A stretch of 64,000 nucleotides of DNA from Octopus vulgaris (taxonomy: Eukaryota): contig OX597818.1 in assembly GCA_951406725.2 (NCBI GenBank), positions 146,196,001 to 146,260,000 on the forward strand, read 5' to 3'. Positions within the stretch are counted from its first letter, which is position 1. Each line of letters begins with the position of its first letter. Both the position numbers and the translations under genes were made by a program. The notes beneath the pieces are model-generated. The model had not been told where the DNA came from and did no database searches. It worked only from the letters and a program-made list of their open reading frames with translations. This document shows positions 28,710 through 40,550 of this stretch, one piece after another.

Positions 28710-28884
28710 TTGTGACAAACACTTAGTGAGAGTGAGAGGAGAGGCTGGAATTGGCGAAGATTTGATCATCGTGTACTTCAATTAAATTTACATTTATACC
28801 ATACTGTTACATGCTTGTCAATACCAACTCCTCTTAGTGCGATAGCTTTATTTTCATTTGCTACAAAATGATTTTTTTCTTAAT

Positions 28885-29186
28885 TTATTTATGCGCCCTT
28901 TTCAAGCCTAGCCAGGCTCTTAGGCCCGGTTTCCCGGTTTCTGTGGCGTATGTGTCCCCCCTAGCTGGACGGGACACCAGTCCATCGCAGCGTTATTCAA
29001 TAAACAGGAAGAGAGAGTGAGAGAAAGTTGGAGCGAAAGAGTACAACAGGGGATGCCATTACCCCTTGCCGGAGGCTCGTGGAGCTTTTGGTGTTTTCGC
29101 TCAATAAACACACACAACGCCAGGTCTGGGAATCGAAACCGCGATCCTCCGACCGCAAGTCCGCTGCTCTAACCACTGGGCCATTA
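28885..29186 (-). mobile_element. tRNA-derived SINE, family C
   Basis: Minus strand AATGGCCCAGTGGTTAGAGCAGCGGACTTGCGGTCGGAGGATCGCGGTTTCGATTCCC (A and B boxes), followed by a non-tRNA body. Confidence 0.85.
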
Positions 29187-30059
29187 TTTAAGTGTGTGTT
29201 GTGTGTTTGTGTCTGTTTCATTTGTATGTGTTTCCCTTTCTCCCTAACTTTTTGTTTAATCCTGTTTGAGACTAAACGAGTCAACATAATTATCTTCTTG
29301 CCTTTCAAAACACTTCCCAGATCCGAAGTGTTAAGAAATGAAAGAGGCTATTCGTCATTAATGCAGACGGATCGGAAACTATATGAAGTATAACAGGAAC
29401 ACGTGGAGTGAAAGAAAGAAAATTCTAGAATATGGGCTAATTCCTCCCGTCACTTTCAGGATTGAAGCTACAGTGTGTAATGTTTAGTGCAGAGATTAGA
29501 GTTAGAAGCTATCCGGATTAGGAGACGCAGCTGATGGCTTATTGCATCGTACATTAACAGATACCAAAAGTCAAGTATGATAGAATGAGATAAATAGAGA
29601 GAGAGAGAGAGTGGTGAGTGAGAAGTGAGAGACAGAGCGAGTAAGAGTGGTGTAGTGAAAGAGAGAGAAAGACAGAGAAAGAGAGAAGGGGAGAGAGAAG
29701 GGGAGAGAGAAGGAGTGAGAGAGAGCACACAGTGGTGCGTATGAGATGAGAAGATTGCTAAGAATTTTATCGAAAATGTTTGCTTTGTTAAGACAAGTAT
29801 TGTATATAGTGTGTTTTATGTATGTAAAAGTGTGCCTGAATGTATGTATGTATGTATGTATGTATGTATTTATGTATGTATGTATTTATGTATGTATGTA
29901 TGTATGTATGTATGTATTTATGTCATTACATATTTTAAGATTTCTTACCAACAGAGAAAGAGCCGTTTTCTAACCAAAGATGGACAGAGAGTAACAGCAA
30001 GAATGGAAACGCTGAAAAAAGTGGCAATTAGAGAGGTCAAAATAAAGTAAATTCATGTA

Positions 30060-30545
30060 CGTATGTCCTTATTCAGTTTTATTTCAGGATTTCTTGCCCA
30101 TAGAGAAAGAGCCGGTTTCTAACCTAGATCCAAGACTCCTTCATTGGAATTTTAACATCAACAAGGTATTTTTGTATGTATGTATGTGCATATCTGTATG
30201 TTTTGTTTTATGCATGTATTCTCATGCATATAGTTGCATGTCTAGAGACGCTCATATATACTTAGGTGATAGACTTCTGGAAAGTTTTACAAATTTTTAC
30301 AGTTCCGGTGATGGCTTAGGTCTTTAGTCTTCGAATCAGCTTTCTCCTTTCTGGTTTGAGAAGCTTTATGTCTCAAGATACATATCCCAGTGTCCCAAAA
30401 ATTACTGGTATAAACCTGAACTTGTAAGCTGGGTAGAGTGGCTGTAGATTCTACAATAGTTCAGAGTAGGTATTTTTTTTCGCTGATCATTAGATTTATG
30501 TTCACATCCGTTGGGCAACTGATTTCTAGACGTGCACACAATTTC
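30060..30545 (-). mobile_element. Probable LINE 3' end fragment (RLE-type C-terminus)
   Basis: Minus strand ...AITGTVKICKTFQK.. followed by a UTR-like segment; a short duplicate at 29935-29980. Confidence 0.4.
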
Positions 30546-30846
30546 TCTTCATATGTTTCTACGTAAATATGTATCTATCTATTTGTGTATATATATAAAA
30601 TGCTGAAATTAGATTATTGTCTAAAGCCAGTTTGAAAATAACAAGGGAAGATTTGCTGATGGGGTGAGTTTATACTGAGAGTAAAAGAATAGAGTAAGAT
30701 TTATTGCGAAAATCAAACTGATTGGAACTTCAACTTTCGCACTAGCTCGTTGAATAAACCAATTGGCAAAATCTCAGTCAACTTCTGCGTGTGTGTGAGC
30801 GCACGCGTTTGTGTGTGTGCTTGTGGGTGTGTGTATACATATGAGT

Positions 30847-30912
<66 letters not shown>

Positions 30913-31424
30913 TGATAGATAGATTGATAGATAAATTGATAATGAGTCGAATTGCACTTGTTTATTGAATTCGTGTAGACATAAAGTCGTAGTACCAATC
31001 ATCTCTCAGTAATAAAATAAGTTTTCATATGAACAGATGTTATATTGTATAAGACTAAGTGCTTCTTTCTACAATATTGTCCTTGGCATCTATTGCAGTG
31101 TCCTAACTTTAAACGATTTCTACAGCAGAATGATAAATGTATTTTCACCCTGCTTGTCTGAACGGATTTTCACCAAATTTGGCAGAAATACTCATTAGGT
31201 GAGTGGCTCGAAATGATGAAAATTGGGTTTGATTGTCTTCAAACACACATGTATTCAGAGATATGTGACTATTTGTGTGTGTATGTGTGTGTGTATGTGT
31301 GCGTGCATACTGTGATGGATTCGAGAATTTCTTTCATTTACGAGTTGATTTCTTAATTTTACCGGAGTATAGCTACCTATAGTGGTAACACTTAAAAAAA
31401 GAGACAAATATTAAATAGATGAAT

Positions 31425-32288
31425 GACATACTAAATATGTCTACCTGCTGGAAATAACAGTCAAAACTCTTAGTTAAATCGCCAAAAATACACTGATAAC
31501 CACAGATCAGGTTAATAAAATCTCCTAACATACATTTAAGTATTTGGACTCACTTGGACCGGTTTCTGCATTGGCAAAAAATCGCCTTAGCTTCTTCAGC
31601 ACGCGTTACCATAATAGAGACCCCCAACCTATCGTATTGAAGTCTGTGCCGCAACAGATTCGTTTTGCGCCGAAATCAATTACAACCACCAGTGAGAAAA
31701 TGCTCTCGATTCAAGGGCAAACAATTCCCGAGAAAATATAATTCCCGAAAAATTAATTTGCTAAGATATTATTCATTTTGTTATTATCTGGTATAACTAT
31801 TTCAAAAAATGATAATAACAGAATAAATAGTACAGGCGATTGCAGAACAAAGAAAAGCATTAAATAGCTGAAGGATTAAAATTAATCAAAGGACATACTA
31901 AGTATGTCTACCTGCTGGAAATAACAGTCAAAACTCTTATTTAAATCGCCAAAAATACACTGATGATAACTACAGAAATCAACCGAGAGCAGTAAATTAA
32001 TATCTTAGCAAATAATTTTTTCTCGTGAATTGTTTGAATTTGTATCGGGAGTATTTCCTCACTGGTGACTGTAATTGATTTCGACGCAAAACGAATCAGT
32101 TGCGGCGCAGACTTCAATACGATAGGTTAGGGGTCTCAATTATGGTAACGCGTGGCGATTTTTGCCAGTGCAAAAACCGGTCCACATGAGTCCAAATACT
32201 TAAATGTATGTTAGGAAATTTTATTAACCTGATCTTCTTTCGGTTGATTTCTGTAGTTATCATCAATGTATTTTTGGCGAGTTAAAGA
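31425..32288. mobile_element. Fold-back element with ~250 bp inverted arms plus internal direct repeat and hammerhead-like motif
   Basis: 31505-31772 is inverted at 31997-32235; 31425-31505 is repeated directly at 31892-31978 and inverted at 32236-32288; the same family occurs at 61035-61160. Confidence 0.85.
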
Positions 32289-32289
32289 G

Positions 32290-33050
32290 ACACATACAAT
32301 ATTTCATTCACCGCATGCAGTTCTCAGGTTACAGCCATAAAGAAAGGATCAGAGTATACAAAGGAGCCATGAAAAAATTTGATAATATATTATGTAATGA
32401 TAGGAATGGGATTTGTCCACTCTATAGAAACAAGTCATGAAACACTATAGAAAGGACAAAAAAGAAAATAGGGAAGGCCAACTCTTGGTATGATAGCCGT
32501 AAATACCAGAGTGTCATGTTCGTTGACACCACCCCTGGAGGTGAACTGGCGTACCGCTTTAGAAGGACCCTAGACAAACTTAAGCTAAGGATTAAGGTTG
32601 TTGAAAAGCTAGGCAACCCTATCAAATCTATAATTGGTAGAACCTATCCTTTTAGTAGAACCCCCTGTACTGATAAGTACTGTACTGTATGTAGATTTAG
32701 CCCACAAACAAACTGTAAAGCCAGAAATGTAGTCTATAGTATAAGATGTATAGAGGGACGATGCAGTAACAAGACAATGACATACGAAGGGGAAACGGCA
32801 AGAAGCATAGGAGAGCGGGTAAATGAAACATTGGAGACAACTCAAGGAAGGTAAAAACTCATCGATTCTGTACCAACACGCCGAACAGGAACACGGGGAA
32901 TCAATCAACAACATAGAAATTAAAATATTGTCCACACATAGAACAGATGCAACAATCAGACAAATTACAGAAGCTACACACGTAATAGAAAATGAACCTA
33001 GCCTGAATAGAAAACTAGAATGGAACAATAGCACACACCACGACATATGA
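32290..33050 (+). pseudogene. Penelope-like element: RT thumb, Cys linker and C-terminal GIY-YIG endonuclease
   Basis: FIHRMQFSGYS; VMFVDTTPGGELA; CTDKYCTVC..NCKARNVVYSIRC..YEGETARSIGER; HWRQL..SSILYQH..RQITEA..EPSLNRKLEW; one stop and one frameshift. Confidence 0.9.
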
Positions 33051-33211
33051 CGGTAGAGGATCCCGAAAACATAATAAATACACAGATAAATAAACAAATA
33101 GAAATAAATACCTATATATATATATATATTTTATTTATTATTATTATTACTAGTATTGCTGTTATACATACACACACGCATATGTAATGATAATAATAAG
33201 TGGATGTAAAC

Positions 33212-33595
33212 ACATGAACAAAATAAGAATAAACAAAAACAACAACAACAACAAATTACATGAACGTATATAAACAGAAGATACAAATATTACAGGCATC
33301 CCCCCACACACTAAATAAACATAGACGCACATAGAGATATAAGCATGCGCAAATGAAGACATACAATAGAAATACAAAATGGCTGACGGTTAGTAAGGAG
33401 AGACACAAATAAGAAAGAAGAAAACAAAGGACCACTGATGCGGTCACAGGAGTGTGACAAAAGAACTCTGGCCGAAATAAGATTAAGATTAATATAAAAA
33501 ATAAATAACACTGAAGCAAAGTAACACCAAATATATAGTGCGTGTGTTTTTATTGGCTAAACTGGCAAAATGACCATTCCGAAATATAACAATAT
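33212..33595 (+). repeat. Penelope pseudo-LTR copy 1 with hammerhead-like motif (33429-33473)
   Basis: Near-identical direct repeat of 34749-35132, downstream of the GIY-YIG stop codon. Confidence 0.85.
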
Positions 33596-34075
33596 ATATA
33601 TAGATATATATATATATCAGTATAGTTACTACTTGCATCTGTTATAGAGATTTTAGAACTAGCCATTTTGCAGAAAAATATTACTATTCTTTTTAACCCT
33701 AAAAGTGAACCTCCTCCATCTGGTTAATGACACAATATCTGTGTCGGTTATATTGCAAACAAGGGAGTGAACAACTCCCATTCAGCGGAGACAGGATCAG
33801 TAGACCAGCTGGTTTCAGGGTCTTACTCTTCCTGAAACTAGCTAGTCTACTGGTCCTGTCACTGGAGGATGTGTCCTCCTAGGATTATAAATTGTTATAA
33901 CAGTATTCTCCACAGATCAACCACGTTGGTATAGTAACAAGCATTATTTTATGTATGTATACAAGTTGAAAAAGTCGCAAAGACTGAAGCCGATACTAAA
34001 ATGTCCTTCCTGATAAAATTATTTTAGCATTTTCTACATTGTCTTATTTTCCTATATACATGTGTGTGTGTGTGC

Positions 34076-34748
34076 GTGACACATTTCTTATTATTCTGAC
34101 GAGGTCTGCCATCAAAATATTGAATTTGGCATTGTCCGCAATGGCTGAGTTCCGGTAGATCAAGTATTTTGAGGCCATAGGTTTGGCATAGTATGAATGA
34201 AGGATTTGGGTTTTATTATTCACAATTTCTAGCCAGAGTTCAGTGTCTAGTACTGGTAGTCTATGGTTGGGATGTTTAGTGGGGTAGTCAATTGTGACCT
34301 TAATACTCTGGTGGATGGAGTTAGCTATTTGCTGGATGCTCTCCATAGTATTAGTTTCTATTACTATATCAAGAGTACTCTCTTGTGGGGGTGCCTTTAC
34401 CACTATGTTGATATCATCAACATAGCGAGAGTACATGTTTACGAGTATGGAGTTCTGTGTTAGGCGTTCTTTAAGCCTTCTGTCCCACCATACCATGAAA
34501 AGGTTGGCCACATCACCAGCGATACTAACGCCGATGGCTGCTCCCTCGCCCTGGACATATATTTTATTGTTAAACTTAAACGTGTGGCCTTTTAGGGTAA
34601 TTCTTATACTAGCTCCTAGTGCATGTGCGATCATTTTCTTTACCTGATAGACATTTGCGGGGCTCCGTATGGCTCTGGTCCATCCGCGCCATCTTTCTAT
34701 ATGGGTCTTCCTAGCCATAGAAGTAATTTTGGGCGGTCTACCTCTTGA
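34076..34748 (-). pseudogene. Penelope-like reverse transcriptase fragment
   Basis: FKFNNKIYVQGEGAAIGVSIAGDVANLFM, YSRYVDDI, LPVLDTELW, YAKPMAS: PLE RT domains 4-7 and thumb start. Confidence 0.9.
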
Positions 34749-35186
34749 ACATGAACAAAATAAGAATAAACAAAAACAACAACAAAAACAAATTACATGA
34801 ACGTATATAAACAGAAGATACAAATATTACAGGCATCCCCCCACACACACTAAATAAACATAGACGCACATAGAGATATAAGCATGCGCAAATGAAGACA
34901 TACAATAGAAATACAAAATGGCTGACGGTTAGTAAGGTGAGACACAAATAAGAAAGAAGAAAACAAAGGACCACTGATGCGGTCTCAGGAGTGTGACGAA
35001 AGAACTCTGGCCGAAATAAGATTAAGATTAATATAAAAAATAAATAACACTGAAGCAAAGTAACACCAAATATATAGTGCGTGTGTTTTTATTGCTAAAC
35101 TGGCAAAATGACCATTCCGAAATATAACAATATCTGTTTCAACACACGAATTCACATAGAAAATCTTGCACAACAAATATATAAAC

Positions 35187-35188
<2 letters not shown>
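34749..35188 (+). repeat. Penelope pseudo-LTR copy 2 (inverted relative to adjacent RT) with ~55 bp extra tail
   Basis: Matches 33212-33595 and continues further; directly abuts the 5'-truncated RT. Confidence 0.85.
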
Positions 35189-35266
<78 letters not shown>

Positions 35267-35824
35267 GCACACAAACACCCACACACACACACTTATGCAT
35301 GTATGCACGTATGGTTTTAATCTGACGAATGCTAAAAGCAACAACTGCGAGCGTGTTTACTGAGTAACTGAAGCTCTGTTATTATTGTAAGTCTTGAAAC
35401 ACATTCATAAATAAACACACACACACATACACAACCACACACACATACACACACTTATGCATACACACCACACACATCTAAACACAGTCAGAGTCGAGTT
35501 AAAATTTCGTGTTTCCAGCTTGAGAAAATAAACGGTAGTAAGTTCGGCGACGTACGTAATGGATTACAACCAAATCCTAAATTCAGAATTTGTGCTAATG
35601 TTAATGATTATAATAGCAAAAGGAAATATATAAAGTGTATGGCAATTTATGAAAGCGGTGTAAGATAGTTTTGAGATCTAATAAACACGTAAAAAGGGAA
35701 ACAAAATTTTCCAGATTTTGCTTTCCTCTTATACAGAAAAAAGAGGAAATCATTTGAAACAGGTTGACTAATTCTCTTTCCCTCTTTCCTTCTCTTTCTT
35801 TACCTCTCTGTCTCTGTCTCTCCT

Positions 35825-35894
<70 letters not shown>

Positions 35895-35918
35895 CATCCA
35901 TCCCCCCTCTCTCTCTCA

Positions 35919-35983
<65 letters not shown>

Positions 35984-36304
35984 TATACACACACATCTGT
36001 TAGTCATGTAGATGTATATTTCAAATCTATATATAACTAAAATAATATCATTTAAGTATGTTCGATATGTTCATGTCTATGCTTAACCTTTAAAAATGCT
36101 TTGACCTGTCCTTCTAAATCACGCGATTACAGCTTCCACTTTAAACTGCAGAAAATAGAAAAAATGATGTGAACAAGAACAAAATAAAAAAAGGAAGAAA
36201 CTAAAAATGGATAGAGAATAACAGTAAAAACGGAAATGTTGAAAAAGTGGCAATTGAAGAAATCAAAGTAACGTAAATTCAATAATATTGTATCGTAAGA
36301 AAGT

Positions 36305-36505
36305 AAGGCGGCGCGCTTGCAGAATCGTTAGCACCTCGGGAGAATGCTTAGCGGCATTTCGTCCGTTTTTACTTACCGCTGACGCTCACTTTGCCTTTCA
36401 TCCTTTTGGAGGTGGATAATATAAGTACCAGACAAGTACTGGGGTCGATGTAATCGACGTCCCCCACAAAAACCGCTGGACCCCGTACCAAAAGTTGAAA
36501 TCATT
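36305..36505 (+). mobile_element. SINE family A copy
   Basis: AAGGCGGCGCGCTTGCAGAATCGTTAGC...CTTTGCCTTTCATCCTTT...GGGGTCGATGTAATCGAC. Confidence 0.8.
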
Positions 36506-38368
36506 ATTTCATAAGGATTCGCATGAACAATGTAAGTGTTTGCTCGAGTAGAAGTGGAACCGTTTTCTCCGCCGTTCCTTATACTTTCATGATAATGAAG
36601 AACAATCACAGTAACTTGAATACTATTCAAAATATACGTTTGTCAGAGTGGGCAGGCATCAGTAGGACTGGCACTATGCGCTAGGTAAACTAGGCAAATG
36701 TCTTGAGTACTGGAATGTGAAGATACCACATAGTTTCTGGACAACTGCTACAAAACTTCTTAATCCAACTAAAATTTCCGAAAATTTTGTTATAAAATTT
36801 ACCGTTAACTTAGATCACTCGTGGAATAATGTTTTAGTAGTGAAGTATCCGACAATTGAAACCTCAATGTCTGAACTATTGATACTACATTATCAACCTA
36901 CTGTTCCCGATTGTATTCACGAAATACTCATAACCGGGAAAGGAAAGACCTACATCGCGGGTCTGTGGTGCTGTATACTCTGGGGCCAAGCCTGGGTATC
37001 AACTATGTTATGTGAATATGATTTGTTCCGAATATCAAGCGTGTATAGGTAATGACTGGCGTAAAATTAGTCCAACAATATGAAACCCAAATGCTTGTGT
37101 CTCTGCAGATATTTTCTTTCCAATCCTTAATCATAACTGGACAGTTTGTCTTGATCTCCTCGCTAGCATGTCTCAGACGATTGTGGCATGGTAATTAACA
37201 GGTAATATACCTTTGGTATCTTGTACTATAATAATACTCGTGTTTTTCTCCGTCATAACATATGAATGAGAATGGAAAGGCTGATAGAGGAATAAGGAAG
37301 GGGTGGGGGAAAACTGGTAGTTGGAGCGTTTCAATTCTGTGTGAGTATATGTGTGTGAATGTAAAAGGGAGGTATGTGAATGTTTGTGTTTGTGTGAGTA
37401 TGTGTGCGCGCGCGCGTGCAGTGGAATAGTGAACATTCAACGCTGAAAAGAAAAATCAAACAGTGTTTCAACTCTGTGTGAGCATATGTGTGTATGTGTG
37501 TGCGTGTACAAGGGAAATATGTGAATGTCTGTATGTCTGAACTAGCATTCTTTCATTAACAAACGACGATCGATGTCACATCTCAAAAGAGAACCACCAG
37601 ATAACATTGACAAGTGTATTAATTTGATTTATCACCCATATTTATATATGAAATACTACGATTAGTCGTCATTTTTGACAGTACGGGGCCAGTTAGTATA
37701 TTTATACTACTCATCAGAATCCAGGTCATGGATATGCATGACCACTCTGCTAACTCGAGTGCGGCGTGATGGTGAATATCTTTTGAAATGGTAAGAACTG
37801 GATCTCCAAAAATTATTTTGTCAGCTTTCTCAGTGTACTGATTGAATAATCTGCACTTGATGTAAACAATTTCTTTATTGTTTTACTTTTGTAATTATTC
37901 GTATCCAGACATTACTTTCGTGCGGCTAAATTGAAACCTGTTTCTGTTTTTAGTCCAGAACTATCGAGCTATAGCAGGTTTTTTTTCCGGTTTCTGTTTT
38001 ATTTTAGTCCAGAACTTCCGAGCTTTAGCTGGGTTTTTCTCTGGCTTATTTCCTCTAAGCCGTTTGATAGTAGCATGGTGAAGAAATATAAAAATATCAC
38101 CACGAAACTCAAAGAATTCAGAATTTTCGTAAATTTGTTATCGTAAATGTAACAATAGCCTTAGGATCAGTATTAAGAAGCTTAGCTGGTTAGTTTGAAG
38201 ATGCTGGATATCGAGGTACATTTGCTGACTAAACAAGAAGTTTGTTTGATCGGTACTGCAAAAAATATAAGGAAGATACTACATATATACAAAACTGTGG
38301 TATACATATTGATATCTAGTAATATAATGCCGGTAGGAAAAAAAGCGAAATGTTGAATGAAAAAAATC

Positions 38369-38431
<63 letters not shown>

Positions 38432-38809
38432 CCAGCCTTGACAGCGGTTGGACGTGTTCTTCGCTACTCTAACCAGTCAACAGTTGAAGACAAAGAAACA
38501 CTAATACAACCCAGCAGGAAAATTGAAAATAACTATCAAAGACTGGAATATGTACAATTTTCAGTGAATATTTTAAATTTCCCTCAAAATAAGTTAAGAA
38601 GTTTACATATCTACAGTTTTCGAACACACAAACGATCAGCTTGAAAAACTTTAATATCTACAACTTCTGTGAATACATATCCTTTCCTTTCTCCATGAGT
38701 TTTCGAAAATGTAAACATCTTCTTTATTCTAAGAACATTACAGTTTTTTCTGTTCGGACATACAAAAGATCATCTTTAGTAAATTGTAAAACTTTAATAT
38801 CTACAATTT

Positions 38810-39650
38810 TCGGTCAATATGAAGGTCTTCACATGGGAAGAGAAAAATAAATAAATAAAGCAGCCTGCTGGGTGTTAACGCGTATGTAGAAAATGAATAT
38901 GAAAACAGAATGTGTGCTGACGGCCCTGGGGGTGGAGAGGAACTTTTGGAAAATTCACAAGATCCGATTTTTCCGTCATAACTTTCGGTAAAATGGAGAT
39001 ATATTGATTTTTGTTACGGAATCCTATGTTTTTGACTATGGAGGATCCTATTCTGAAGAAAAACACTAAAAAATCGCATTTTCAAAATTTCAACCACCCC
39101 TTCATACCCTCCCTCCTTCATTTTTCACTTTTTCCGGAATTTTATTATTTATTTTATTTATTTTTTTTTTTCGAAATACGTAGAAAAATACGAAGATTAC
39201 GATTCTGAAAAATATTTGTTTCTAAAATTTCAATTTTTCAACAAAAGAATATATATACACCCCAGGCCTTCAAGCAGGCTAGCCACATGCTAGAAATAAC
39301 AGCAAAATCTCACAAGACTGCGATAATATAATATAATCAATCTACTCACTTTTCTGCAAAGATTTCTTTCAGAGTAATTTTCCGCCGCAATTTTGAAAAT
39401 GCGATTTTTGAAATTTTTTTTTTTCTGAATCGGATCCTCCATAACCAAAAACGTGGGATTCTGTAACAAAAATTAATATATATCCATTTTACTGAAATCG
39501 GATCTTGTAAATTGTCCGAAAGTCCCCTCTTTATCTCCCAGGGTCGCCAGCGCGCATTTTTTTCCTATTCGTTTTCTACATACTTGTTAACACCCACCAG
39601 GCTGGTTTACTTATTTTTTGTTCTCGGGTGAAGATTTTATATTCACCCGA
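38810..39650. mobile_element. Fold-back/MITE with ~270 bp diverged inverted arms (38810-39092 / 39389-39650)
   Basis: CAGCCTGCTGGGTGTTAAC..ATGGAGGATCC..AAAATCGCATTTTCAAAATT vs AATTTTGAAAATGCGATTTT..GGATCCTCCAT..GTTAACACCCACCAGGCTG. Confidence 0.85.
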
Positions 39651-40350
39651 TTTTTTATGAAAAATTTACCCTCCTATTGCAAAAATACTACAGTCTTCTC
39701 TCATTGGACATACAAACGAACATCTAAAAAAATTTAGAAAGTTTAATATCTACAATTTTGTGTGAAAATTTTCTTTCTTTTTCCCTGACTACCCTTTTTT
39801 CCCTGACTACATGCCTTTTATTGTAACAACAATTAAATGCACAATAACAAAACAAAACATTAAGGAGGTAAGCACCTGCCAATATATACAAACTGCATAG
39901 TTACAAAAACTGTAAACCACAGCAAAACTTATAAAAAGAAAAGAAAAATTTCAAAGAAAATTGAAATTCAGAAATTGAAAAATTCTACGAGGTGAACCTC
40001 AGTATATATATATAATTATTTTTTCTTTCAGTAATTAAAAATAGAACAAGGTGACTTAGTTCTTTTCAAGGCCACCAAGTCCAGCGCTCTTATTGTAGTT
40101 AACACATTTGACCTCTGCTGACCCCAAGGTGTGAGGCCGCTTTTGTCTCCATATCGCACAGGAATGCCCATTGCTGATTTCTTCACCATCTGTCGAATCT
40201 ATTTACAGACCTGTGGAATTTTATCTATTCACGAAGCTGTCTATATTGCTCCTACTATTCCCCTAAGCACTCATATTTAAGATCATCTCAAGCGCAAGAC
40301 AAAAGCTGAAACTAAACAACATTCAACAATACCTTTTAACCATAAATGGA

Positions 40351-40404
<54 letters not shown>

Positions 40405-40452
40405 CATAATAATAATAATAACAACAACAACAGCAACAACAACAACAACAAC

Positions 40453-40506
<54 letters not shown>

Positions 40507-40550
40507 GATGGTAATAATGGTGATGGTGATAATAATGATAATAATAATTT

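Noticed and set aside
31960-31985. CTGATGA..GAAA hammerhead
   Set aside because: No stem II or stem I pairing.
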